Assembly: GCA_965212015.1 (NCBI GenBank)
Contig: OZ243037.1
Coordinates: 1,248,001-1,312,000, forward strand
DNA: 64,000 nucleotides
From: Cenarchaeum sp.
Lineage (GTDB): Archaea > Thermoproteota > Nitrososphaeria > Nitrososphaerales > Nitrosopumilaceae
Direction: 5' to 3'
The translations under genes and the position numbers were made by a program. The notes under the pieces are model-generated. The model worked only from the letters and a program-made list of their open reading frames with translations, was not told the DNA's origin and ran no database searches. Shown here piece after piece: positions 1-8,760 of the stretch. The stretch's first letter is position 1, and the number at the start of each line of letters is the position of its first letter.

Positions 1-38
1 TGCTTGTGATCCCCCCTCAGTGCGTCGGTGGCACTCAT
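1..38 (-). CDS. 5' end of probable hemerythrin-domain protein (partial, runs off the window start)
   Basis: ATG at 38 gives MSATDALRGDHK..., resembling the start of hemerythrin/HHE domains (L-x-x-D-H). Only 12 codons are visible. Confidence 0.45.
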   Translation of the reverse strand, partial: MSATDALRGDHK

Positions 39-193
39 GCAGGCAATCCACCTGGCTCTTAATTTTAATCTGCGGCATTGCCCGCCGGGGAGATTTTTTG
101 CGGCAGAATGCGGCGGGTGAATCGGCGCATTGTTTTCAAGCAAAACATTGTTGACAGGGCTTTTAAATAAACCCGGCAAGGAACTCGAGTTGG

Positions 194-1582
194 ATGATTC
201 CGGTCTTTTTTGGCGTATTGGATATGATCAGGGATTTTTTTAGCCCCGGCGGGTTCCCACCGGACCTGCCTGGCACCATGCCGGGCATCGAGGAGCTAGT
301 CGCAATCCTCTCAATTACTGACAGCTCGATTGCATCCGCACCGGTGCTGCTACTGGCGGCCGGGATTGTAATCTTTCTCGGGGTGGCAGGCGAGTCATTT
401 TTCAAAAAGACGGGGATTCCAGACGTGGCGTTTTTGATGGTCCTCGGGGTGATTCTGGGACCGGTTCTGGGAATAATTCAGCCGGAGGTAATAACGGAGA
501 TCGTCCCCTACTTTGCCGCAATAGCGCTGATCATAATCATGTTCGACGGGGGCCTGAATTTGGATCTAAAACACATGGCAAAGACGGCACATTTTGCAAT
601 CTTTCTGTCGATACTAGGCTTTATCGCGTCTGTGGCCATAGTCACGCTGATTGCCCACTATGGGCTCGGCTGGGAATGGCTGGACAGCATCCTTTTGGGC
701 TCCATCGTGGGTGGAAGCAGCTCAGTCATTGTGTTTGGCCTTGTCAGAAACATCAGCGTCTCTGAGGAGACAAAATCAATGCTGAGCTTCGAGTCGGCAA
801 TCACGGACATACTTGCAACCATCATCGCCTTTATCCTGTTCCAGTCGATTCTTACGGGGGAGTTCAGCCTGACAATGCTAAGCGAGACGATAGGTACTGC
901 GATAATCGTGGGACTCGGACTCGGACTGGGGGTCGGCATCCCGTGGATGTACATTACAACAAAGCTGGGAAATGCGCAGCACGGATACATGCTGACGCTG
1001 GGAATACTCTTTGTGCTGTTCTTTATGGCAAACATGCTTGGCGAATCAGGCGCGCTGACTGCCCTGGTGTTCGGCCTGATGCTGGGCAACAAGCAGAGGC
1101 TGTCGAGGATATTCAGGTTCAAGGTAAGGATGATAGAGCCCGATGATCCCACCCACAGCCAGCTGACGTTTTTGGTCAGGGCGTTTTTCTTTGTGTTTGT
1201 GGGGCTGCTGGCCAGCTTTGGGCAGATAGAGTACGTCGTGCTCGGAATAGTGGCAACCGTTGCAATCTATGTGGCGCGAATCGTGATTTCGCGCGCCATA
1301 CTGACAAAAAAATTCTCAACCATAGACAAAAAGGTGACACAGGTAATGATTCCGCGCGGACTGGCCGCCGCCGTCCTTGCCACGCTGCCGCTGACGATTG
1401 GCCTTCCCAACGCAGAGGCGTACCCGCAGATTGTCTTTTTCATAATACTGACGTCGGTAGTCATAACGACGATAGGCCTGGGTTCTGCAAAAAAGATACC
1501 GCCGCCGGAGCACGTCGAGGGGGGATACGTAAAAAAACCAGACGGCGCAGACGAAGGTGCGCAAGAGGCGGATGTAAAATAA
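194..1582 (+). CDS. cation:proton antiporter (NhaP/CPA1 family)
   Basis: About 12 hydrophobic helices; motifs FDGG, LSFESAITD, PRGLAAAVLA. Start could be 224. Confidence 0.88.
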   Translation: MIPVFFGVLDMIRDFFSPGGFPPDLPGTMPGIEELVAILSITDSSIASAPVLLLAAGIVIFLGVAGESFFKKTGIPDVAFLMVLGVILGPVLGIIQPEVITEIVPYFAAIALIIIMFDGGLNLDLKHMAKTAHFAIFLSILGFIASVAIVTLIAHYGLGWEWLDSILLGSIVGGSSSVIVFGLVRNISVSEETKSMLSFESAITDILATIIAFILFQSILTGEFSLTMLSETIGTAIIVGLGLGLGVGIPWMYITTKLGNAQHGYMLTLGILFVLFFMANMLGESGALTALVFGLMLGNKQRLSRIFRFKVRMIEPDDPTHSQLTFLVRAFFFVFVGLLASFGQIEYVVLGIVATVAIYVARIVISRAILTKKFSTIDKKVTQVMIPRGLAAAVLATLPLTIGLPNAEAYPQIVFFIILTSVVITTIGLGSAKKIPPPEHVEGGYVKKPDGADEGAQEADVK

Positions 1583-1594
1583 ATCCGCAGGCGC

Positions 1595-2506
1595 CTACAG
1601 TTCCAGCATGTCCTTGAGGCCCTTGTAGCGGTTCCGGATGGTCACCTCGGTGACGCTGGCCGCCTCGGCAATGTCCCTCTGCGTCTTGTCCTCGCCGTTT
1701 TTTACGCACGACAGGTACAGTGCCGCCGCTGCCAGTCCCATCGGATCCTTGCCTGCCGATACCTGGTCTTTTTGCGCCCTTTTTAGCACCTTGATTGCAT
1801 AGCGCTTTGTTTTTTCGGTGATTCCAATCATGCTTGATATCCTTGCCACGCACTGAATCGAGTCGGTAACCGGCATCCTTAGATCAAGCTCCTTTACTAG
1901 CAGCCTGTAGCACCGCGCGATGTCCTTTCTCTTGATGTTGGCTGCCTGCTCGACGTCCTTTAGGTTTCGCGGTGTCGAGGTGTCGCGGCACGCAGCATAC
2001 AGCGCAGATGCCATCAGTGCAGAAATTGATCGCCCTCGGACCAGCCCCTTTTCTAGTGCCTTGCGGTAGATGTATGCGGCCTTTTCTATTACGGCGTCTG
2101 ATATGGCCATCTTGTCCTTGAGCCTGTTAAGCTCGCCGAACGCCTGCCGAAAGTTCCTGTCGACAGGCTCGTGGACCTGGCTCCTGCTGTCCCATGTCCG
2201 CAGCCGCTCTATCGTGCTTTTCATCGAGGCCGTAAGCGGCCTTCCGGAGGCATCCTTGTTTACGGGGTTGATGACGGTGGCAAGCCCCATGTCATGCATT
2301 GTAAGCGACGTCGGGGCCCCCGCCCTTGCCCTGTCGCCGTGCTCGCCTTGCGTAAACGAGCGCCATTCCGGTCCGGATTCCTGGAGTTTCTCAGAGAGGA
2401 CAAAGCCGCACTTTGAGCAAAACATCTCTCCGGACTCGTTGTCAGTCACCAGCTGGCCCTTTGCACACCTGGGGCACGTGTCTTTGGGATTGGAATGTTT
2501 TGCCAT
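1595..2506 (-). CDS. tfb: transcription initiation factor IIB (TFB)
   Basis: Zn ribbon CPRC...CSKCG, GPEWRSF B-reader, two cyclin repeats (GRS..., GKDPMGLAAAALY, VTEVTIRNRY). Start trimmed to the ATG at 2506. Confidence 0.95.
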   Translation of the reverse strand: MAKHSNPKDTCPRCAKGQLVTDNESGEMFCSKCGFVLSEKLQESGPEWRSFTQGEHGDRARAGAPTSLTMHDMGLATVINPVNKDASGRPLTASMKSTIERLRTWDSRSQVHEPVDRNFRQAFGELNRLKDKMAISDAVIEKAAYIYRKALEKGLVRGRSISALMASALYAACRDTSTPRNLKDVEQAANIKRKDIARCYRLLVKELDLRMPVTDSIQCVARISSMIGITEKTKRYAIKVLKRAQKDQVSAGKDPMGLAAAALYLSCVKNGEDKTQRDIAEAASVTEVTIRNRYKGLKDMLEL

Positions 2507-2642
2507 GATATCACGATTGTAGGATTTGTCAGGCCCGAGGGATATATGAAGCAACAACTTGGACGCAGTCCCGTCCCGTCCCGAAAGGGGGGTTTTTCTG
2601 GTTTTCAGAATGTAGAAAAGACGGAGACATTGTAGTGCTGGT

Positions 2643-3575
2643 ATGAACCATAAAGTCGTCGCGCTGCTAGCGGCCCTTGCAGTGGCCGGATTGTCTTCTG
2701 CGTCTGCAGAGACTGTCAGGGAATCCGCCGAGGGCGGAATGGACATTGAGATCACGTATCCGGACACCGCCATCATCGGGCGCGATTTTCCGGTTTCATT
2801 TCTGATTCACAACAACGGGTGGGAGGACAAGGAACGGGTGGTCATCCGGTTCGATCCGGACGATGCAATAGTGCCGGTCACAAAAAACAGCACGGGGATA
2901 GAAAAGATTGCAGCCGGCGGCTCTTACGGCGATACCGTGGACTTTGCGGTGCTGCCAGGCGCCTCGGCGGGAATTCATTTTCTCAACCTGGACTATTCGC
3001 AGGTGCTGCTTGAGAACAACGAGACGCCGAGGCCAGAGACGCGCACCAACATTGCAATAGCCCTGGACATAAGGGAGCAGGCCAGAGTCTCCATCCACGC
3101 CGCGGCACCGGAATCAATCTTTGCCCGGGCCGAGTTCCCGTTTACCGTAGAGGTGCTGTCAGAAGACGTGGATCTGAGAGACGTGCACATAGAGATCATT
3201 GCGCCCAAGGACATTGAGTTTAGGGGCGAGACGCTGCACGTCTTTTCGTCCGTCAAGAGGGGCGAGACGCTGGGCATCACGTCTAGAATCATCACGCCGG
3301 CAGAAGAGGTGCAGGCCGAATACAGCGTTCCGTTTCAGATTCTGGTAAGCTATGACGACGCAGGAAAAAGGCAGGAGGACTCGCAGACAGTTTCGCTGAC
3401 CCTGAGGCCGCGGTCCTTTATGGAGCTGACCACGGACGGCGGAATCTGGATAGGCGGGATTTTCATTGCGCCGTACATAAGCCTGGGCACCATAATCGGG
3501 ATTCCCGCAGGCGCGGTTTTTTCATTGCTGATCAAAAAAAGAAGGCAAAAACCCCGGGAGGCAGGCAGGACATGA
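2643..3575 (+). CDS. secreted, C-terminally membrane-anchored Ig-like/S-layer-domain (COG1361-like) protein
   Basis: Signal peptide, two beta-rich repeat domains, C-terminal TM helix followed by KKRR. Confidence 0.65.
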   Translation: MNHKVVALLAALAVAGLSSASAETVRESAEGGMDIEITYPDTAIIGRDFPVSFLIHNNGWEDKERVVIRFDPDDAIVPVTKNSTGIEKIAAGGSYGDTVDFAVLPGASAGIHFLNLDYSQVLLENNETPRPETRTNIAIALDIREQARVSIHAAAPESIFARAEFPFTVEVLSEDVDLRDVHIEIIAPKDIEFRGETLHVFSSVKRGETLGITSRIITPAEEVQAEYSVPFQILVSYDDAGKRQEDSQTVSLTLRPRSFMELTTDGGIWIGGIFIAPYISLGTIIGIPAGAVFSLLIKKRRQKPREAGRT

Positions 3576-5038
3576 TGCCGGCGCCGGCTGCGTTTTTTGC
3601 AGCACTTTTGTGCGCGGTGCTGATTCCGGGTGCGGCAGGGCACGGGATCGGCTACGAGGTGCTCCCGCCGATGCCGCTAGGCGACAGGATGGTGGAGCTG
3701 GAGATAGTCTCCTCGCAGTACGAGAATCTCGGCAATCCCGACAGGGAGATTCAGTTTTCGCTGCGTGACGCAGGTGATGAGTCCCCCGTCGAAGACGTGA
3801 CATACCGCGTAGTGGCCACCAAGGCCGGCGGTTTTCTCTTTGATCAGACGCTTGCGGCGGCAGACGGGGTGTTTGTCTTTGTTTTGGAGGGCGGCGAGTC
3901 CGACGAGGTTTCGCTTGAAAAAAGGGGGCAGGGAGGATGGTTCGAGTCAATAGCAGGCCTGAAAAAGGAGGTCATTTACGCCAGCGGCGCGGCATTTCAG
4001 ACGGGCGGGCTGTACAAGTTCAAGGTGGACATATCATCCGCAGCCGGGCCCCCCATAGCGTACGACGTGGGACTGTCCGTTCCCGACACGGTGTCATTTG
4101 ACATACGGGATCCAAACTTTGGAGTGCAGAGGATAAACCTCACCTCGTACTATGACGAGGTCTCGGATTTTGCATACGATCCGGATTCCAGGGGCGTCTC
4201 GTTTTCAATGCCCTTTGAGTGGGACATTGGCAACATAAACGAGACATCCGTGGTTCACGAGGAGGTGGCGTTCCCAAAGACCTTCGGCGACGTGCTGGTG
4301 GCCCGGTATGACACGCACGTAAACGGGATCAAGATGCCCGAGAGGGTTACCGTAATAGACGATTTTTCAGAGGGGCGCAGGACCGTGCACATGGTGCTCA
4401 ACCAAAACGATCTTCGGGGCATCCTGGACGGACAGGAGCGGGACGTCATGGATTTTTTGCTGGTGCCAAAGGACGGCTCCCCGTTTATCCTGGTCACCGA
4501 GAACGGGCAGTTTAGAATCACAGTCAGCCGGGATCCGGGAGGCTCCGAATCCGGCACCGAGACTTTTCTTTTTGACATTACCGACGTATTCCTAAAGAAC
4601 ACCCCGGTTGCAGTCAGCTATGAGGTGTTCCTGGAGCACGACGGGAGGGTGGTTGCCGGCACGGGGGGAACCAGTGATGATTCGGGCAGGCACAACGAGT
4701 TTGGCGCGCCTGTCGGCGCAGACTCTGGCGTGATGGTCCTCCGGTTTGAGAATCTGGACGGCAATGCACTGGCCCGGGCCGAATTGCCGATAGTCGTCGG
4801 GTCGGATCACGTCACAATCCCGGACTGGTTTCGGGACAATGCCGGATGGTGGTCAGGCGGCAGGATTAGCGACTCGGATTTCATTGCATCGATGGAATAC
4901 GTGACGGGAATGCGCATAACCGGGACTGCAATACCTGACTGGTTTCGGGACAGTGCGGCGGGGTGGTCGGACATGGAAATCTCCGGCGGGGACTTTGCAG
5001 CCGGAGTACGCCGCCTCATGGCAGAGGGGACATTATGA
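3572..5038 (+). CDS. secreted thaumarchaeal surface protein with C-terminal IPDW...AGWW repeats
   Basis: Signal peptide ending AAG|HG; two C-terminal IPDWFRD(N/S)A repeats typical of Nitrosopumilus surface proteins. Confidence 0.7.
   Translation: MMPAPAAFFAALLCAVLIPGAAGHGIGYEVLPPMPLGDRMVELEIVSSQYENLGNPDREIQFSLRDAGDESPVEDVTYRVVATKAGGFLFDQTLAAADGVFVFVLEGGESDEVSLEKRGQGGWFESIAGLKKEVIYASGAAFQTGGLYKFKVDISSAAGPPIAYDVGLSVPDTVSFDIRDPNFGVQRINLTSYYDEVSDFAYDPDSRGVSFSMPFEWDIGNINETSVVHEEVAFPKTFGDVLVARYDTHVNGIKMPERVTVIDDFSEGRRTVHMVLNQNDLRGILDGQERDVMDFLLVPKDGSPFILVTENGQFRITVSRDPGGSESGTETFLFDITDVFLKNTPVAVSYEVFLEHDGRVVAGTGGTSDDSGRHNEFGAPVGADSGVMVLRFENLDGNALARAELPIVVGSDHVTIPDWFRDNAGWWSGGRISDSDFIASMEYVTGMRITGTAIPDWFRDSAAGWSDMEISGGDFAAGVRRLMAEGTL
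4815..4956 (+). repeat. intragenic direct repeat (two copies of about 28 bp) encoding the IPDWFRD repeats
   Basis: caatcccggactggtttcgggacaatgc (4815) versus caatacctgactggtttcgggacagtgc (4929). Confidence 0.7.
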
Positions 5039-5677
5039 CTTGGAGTGTCTGACTGTGGCTAGTATCGCAATTGCAATTCCGGCGGCACCCATCGCCATTC
5101 CGGCATAGCTAATGCCTGCAAGCTGGCCTGCCTGCGCCTTGATGTCTTTTTTAATCGAGCCTATCTCGCCTACGAGTGCGGCATGCCCGTCGATGATCTG
5201 CTTTATGGTCTGATCCTCGGGTTCCGGAAACTCAATGTCCGATCTCTCGCTTACCTTGGGCGGGTGCATCGAGATGCTAACCGGTGTGCCGCGGATCTCG
5301 CCGAGCAAGTTGACCTGATAGAATCCGGATGCCGTGGGGTTTACAAACGCGTGGTACTTGCCGGCTATATTGTGATCCTCGACTAGGGGCAGCGTCGTCT
5401 TTTCGTCCTCAAACACCAGCTGCATCTTTAGGTCCCCGGCGAGTCCGGCTATGCCGTTTTTGAATTCCTGCGACATGGCACACCCCGCGTGGTCTCCGGT
5501 ACACGGATCAAGCTGCCCGATTCTAAGCTCGATTCCGTTGGTCTCGCGGCTGATGACAGGCTCGTTCATCCAGCCTATCTCCAGCCTATAGTCTTCGACA
5601 GAGTCCACCGTATGGGCGTAAACCCCCGGAACCATTGCAGGGGCCACAAAAAGAACCACGACGTACCAAAGATCCAA
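5033..5677 (-). CDS. secreted, membrane-anchored hypothetical protein
   Basis: Signal peptide ...VYA|HTVD, Ig-like body (IGWMNEP, GKYHAFVNPT), coiled coil and C-terminal TM. Start uncertain (TTG 5677). Confidence 0.65.
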   Translation of the reverse strand: MDLWYVVVLFVAPAMVPGVYAHTVDSVEDYRLEIGWMNEPVISRETNGIELRIGQLDPCTGDHAGCAMSQEFKNGIAGLAGDLKMQLVFEDEKTTLPLVEDHNIAGKYHAFVNPTASGFYQVNLLGEIRGTPVSISMHPPKVSERSDIEFPEPEDQTIKQIIDGHAALVGEIGSIKKDIKAQAGQLAGISYAGMAMGAAGIAIAILATVRHSKS

Positions 5678-5726
5678 CACGCGTGGTCTTTTTTCTAGCG
5701 TTAAAAACGTTAAACCGGCTCTAGTT

Positions 5727-7172
5727 TCAGGCATCCGCATACATCGAGACCTCCCAGGCAGTAGGGGTCTGGGCAAACGCGACGTATTCCTTGTATTTCA
5801 GCTCGGAGTACTTTTCCAAAAAGTCCGCAGTAAAGACGTCAATTAGAAACGCATTGTCGCCTTTCAGGGCGTCTAGCGCGCCCTTGAGGGACAGGGGCAG
5901 CGAGCCGATCTTGTATTCGCGTTTTTTTTCTGCGGAAAGCTTGTAGACGTTCTCCTCGACCGGATCGCCGGGATCCAGCTTTCTTTTGATGCCGTCAAGG
6001 CCCGCAAGCAGCAATGCTGCCTCGAGCAGATAGATGTTTGCGGTGGGATCCGGAACCCGGTACTCTATTCGCTTGCTTTTTTCCTGGTTCCTGTTGTACA
6101 TGGGAATCCTGACTGCCGCCGACCTGTTTCCTATGCCCCAGCACATGTTTACTGGCGCCTCGAATCCCGGCACCAGCCTCTTGTAGGAGTTTGTGGTGGG
6201 ATTCGTGATTGCGCACAGCGCCTGGGCGTGCTCAAGTATTCCGCCCACATAGTACCTGCCAGTCTGGCTGAGCTGGGCCACGTCGTCGTCGGCGTCGTAC
6301 ATTACGTTGGTCTTGTCCCTCCATATGCTCTGGTGCGTGTGCATTGCAGAGGCGTTGTCGCCATAGATGGGCTTTGGCATAAAGGTCGCAACCTTGTTGT
6401 TGCGCTTGGCCTTTACCCTCACCATGTTTTTGACGGCAATGACATTGTCGGCCATTTTTGTCATCTCGTCGTACACCAGGTTGATCTCGCACTGCCCCGA
6501 GGTGGCCACCTCGTGGTGCTCTGCCTCGATTTTTATCTTGAAATACTGATAGAGATCATCGCAGACGTCCTTTCTGAACGTCTCAAGCGTGTCTTTGGGC
6601 TGCGACGGATAATAGCCCTCCTTGATGTCTATGGCCGTGCTGATGTTTCCCTTTGCCCACGGGGATTCCTTTGACTCTATCGAGTATCCAGAGCCGCCGT
6701 ACGAGTGCGTTGCGGCATAAGGCGACGGATACACGTTGATCGTGTCAAAGACAAAAAACTCTATCTCCGGGCCCCAGCTGGTGTGTGTCAGGCCGGTCTC
6801 GGTCAGTTTCCCGCCGGCCTTTTTTGCAATCCCCCTCGAATCCCGGTTGTACCGCGATTGGACCGACGTGTTGCCCTCGTACAAATCACAGATCAGCCTG
6901 GCGTTTTTGCGGCGTCCGTTGTCATAATCCGGGGGCATAATCCTAAACGTGTCCGGATCCGGCTTTAGTAACATGTCGGACTTGTTTACCGACTTGAAGC
7001 CCACAATGGAGCTTGCGTCCAGCTTTTCGAGGCCGTGCCTAAAGCTGTTCTCGTCTATGGCATAGCTTGGCATCCCCATCCGCCTCAGCTCCCCGAAAAT
7101 GTCCACAAACCAGAAATCAAGGAACGTGATATTGTCATCCCGGATCGTCTTTAGGACAGCCTGTACATCCAA
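5727..7172 (-). CDS. glnA: glutamine synthetase type I, second paralogue
   Basis: DASSIVGF, GPEIEFF, HHEVATSGQCEI, TFMPKP, MHTHQS, NSYKRLVPGFEAP, NRSAAVRIP, RIEYRVPD. Confidence 0.93.
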   Translation of the reverse strand: MDVQAVLKTIRDDNITFLDFWFVDIFGELRRMGMPSYAIDENSFRHGLEKLDASSIVGFKSVNKSDMLLKPDPDTFRIMPPDYDNGRRKNARLICDLYEGNTSVQSRYNRDSRGIAKKAGGKLTETGLTHTSWGPEIEFFVFDTINVYPSPYAATHSYGGSGYSIESKESPWAKGNISTAIDIKEGYYPSQPKDTLETFRKDVCDDLYQYFKIKIEAEHHEVATSGQCEINLVYDEMTKMADNVIAVKNMVRVKAKRNNKVATFMPKPIYGDNASAMHTHQSIWRDKTNVMYDADDDVAQLSQTGRYYVGGILEHAQALCAITNPTTNSYKRLVPGFEAPVNMCWGIGNRSAAVRIPMYNRNQEKSKRIEYRVPDPTANIYLLEAALLLAGLDGIKRKLDPGDPVEENVYKLSAEKKREYKIGSLPLSLKGALDALKGDNAFLIDVFTADFLEKYSELKYKEYVAFAQTPTAWEVSMYADA

Positions 7173-7246
7173 CGTACATATCTCTGCGTCCGGTTTACTA
7201 ATGCTGTCAAGTAAGATAGTTTTAGCTTTCTTGTAAATAGTGCAAA

Positions 7247-8611
7247 TTAGTCGCGCTTTAGGCTGCGCGCCCCGGCGTATTTGGTGCCAAGCTCGCCGGC
7301 AAACATGAATTCGTCCTCAAATGCCGGCTTTAGGTCGTCCAGCCAGATTGCATCCTCGTCGTATTTGGCATAAAACGGCTTGTTGACCCATTCCGGATTC
7401 CTTCCCTGCAAGAACCGCAGGGACATGACTTTTTGCCCGTTTATCACGGGGGTGCCGTCCACTAGCACCTTGCCGGGAGTCGCAGACATGCTAGGCCCCC
7501 GGACCGTCCTGCCCAGGCCGCTTACCTGCTTGTAGGCGTCCCTGAATATCTCATAGGCCCTCACCAGCGGGACGCCAAAGTAATGCTGCGCCCCCGTGTC
7601 GCGAACCACGAACATATAGTACGGAACGCACCCGAGCTGGACCTGATCCCTCCACATCTTGCTCCATACTGCTGCGTCGTCGTTGATGTGCGCCAGCAGC
7701 GGGGACTGGGTCCTGATCTGGGCGCCGGTGGCGTGAATCTTTTTGATTGCCAGCTTTGCCGCATCCGTCTTTAGCTCCACGTGGTGGTTAAAGTGTGACA
7801 TTATGGCCAGATGAATCCCGCTTTTGGTGATTTCCCGGAATGTTTCCAGCGTCTGCTCTGCGTCGCCGTCAGAGCTGACCTTGTACGGCCAGTACGCCAG
7901 CATTTTGGTGCCGATTCTTATGGTTTTGAGGTTTGGCAGGTCCGCCCCTAGCAGCGTGTCCACGTATCCCCTGAACATCTTGGCGTTCATGATCATCGGA
8001 TCGCCTCCTGTAAAGAGCACGTCGGAGATCTCTGGGTGCTCCCGGACATACTGCACCAGCTGTTCGCCCTCGCGCATTGCAAACTTCATGTCATCCATCC
8101 CGACAAACTGCGGCCATCTGAAGCAAAAGCTGCAGTATGCGTGGCACGTCTGGCTCTGGCTGGGGAAAAACAGGCACGTCTCTTTGTATTTGTGCTGCAT
8201 TCCGTACAGCTTTGTGCCGTCCCGGAGCACGGGCACGTTGAGCTCAAGCTGCCCCGCCGGGTGCGGGTTTAATTGCAGCCTTATCTCGTTGGCCGCCTGC
8301 GCAATCTCTTTTTTGTCGGCATTGTTTTTCAGCTTTTCTGCCATGGCCTCAAAGTGCTGCGTCTTGAGCATGTTTTTTTGCGGAAACGTCAGCACGTACA
8401 TGGGATCGTTGGGAATGTTATCCCAGTCGATTAGCTGCTCTACCACATAGTTGTTGGCCTTGAAGGGCAGCACGTTTCCGACGACTTCCATTTCAAACTT
8501 GGTCTGCTCGGGGAGCTGCTGGATCTGCGGCAGCTGCCTAAAGTTGGCCAGCGTGTATGATTTTAGCGAGGGGGACTCTGTCTCGCTCCAGACAGATTCT
8601 TGCAGCGCCAT
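7247..8611 (-). CDS. KamA-family radical SAM/PLP 2,3-aminomutase (lysine 2,3-aminomutase-like)
   Basis: CxxxCxxC (CHAYCSFCFR), DVLFTGGDP, IRIGTK, HFNH, QSPLL...IND, PYYMF, PLP-lysine region SATPGKV. Confidence 0.88.
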   Translation of the reverse strand: MALQESVWSETESPSLKSYTLANFRQLPQIQQLPEQTKFEMEVVGNVLPFKANNYVVEQLIDWDNIPNDPMYVLTFPQKNMLKTQHFEAMAEKLKNNADKKEIAQAANEIRLQLNPHPAGQLELNVPVLRDGTKLYGMQHKYKETCLFFPSQSQTCHAYCSFCFRWPQFVGMDDMKFAMREGEQLVQYVREHPEISDVLFTGGDPMIMNAKMFRGYVDTLLGADLPNLKTIRIGTKMLAYWPYKVSSDGDAEQTLETFREITKSGIHLAIMSHFNHHVELKTDAAKLAIKKIHATGAQIRTQSPLLAHINDDAAVWSKMWRDQVQLGCVPYYMFVVRDTGAQHYFGVPLVRAYEIFRDAYKQVSGLGRTVRGPSMSATPGKVLVDGTPVINGQKVMSLRFLQGRNPEWVNKPFYAKYDEDAIWLDDLKPAFEDEFMFAGELGTKYAGARSLKRD

Positions 8612-8760
8612 TAGTTGGATTGCCGCCCACTATTGTTAAAGGTTGGTATAAAACCAGAGTCAGGCGCGAAAACTAGGCGCGGCAGGCGTGTAAAAAACCC
8701 CGCTACAGGCGGCTTTCCCAAAATTTTTTAATCGATGAATTGGTGCACAAGTGACTGATA

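Noticed and set aside
2568-2600. GTCCC x3 followed by a G-run/T-run in the tfb promoter region
   Set aside because: Too short to assign a function.
2507-2776. N-terminal extension of TFB in the ORF track (similar extensions at pyrE, cdc6, amrS, 37730 and 60138)
   Set aside because: The extensions overlap divergent genes or promoters and lack family motifs, so the starts were trimmed.
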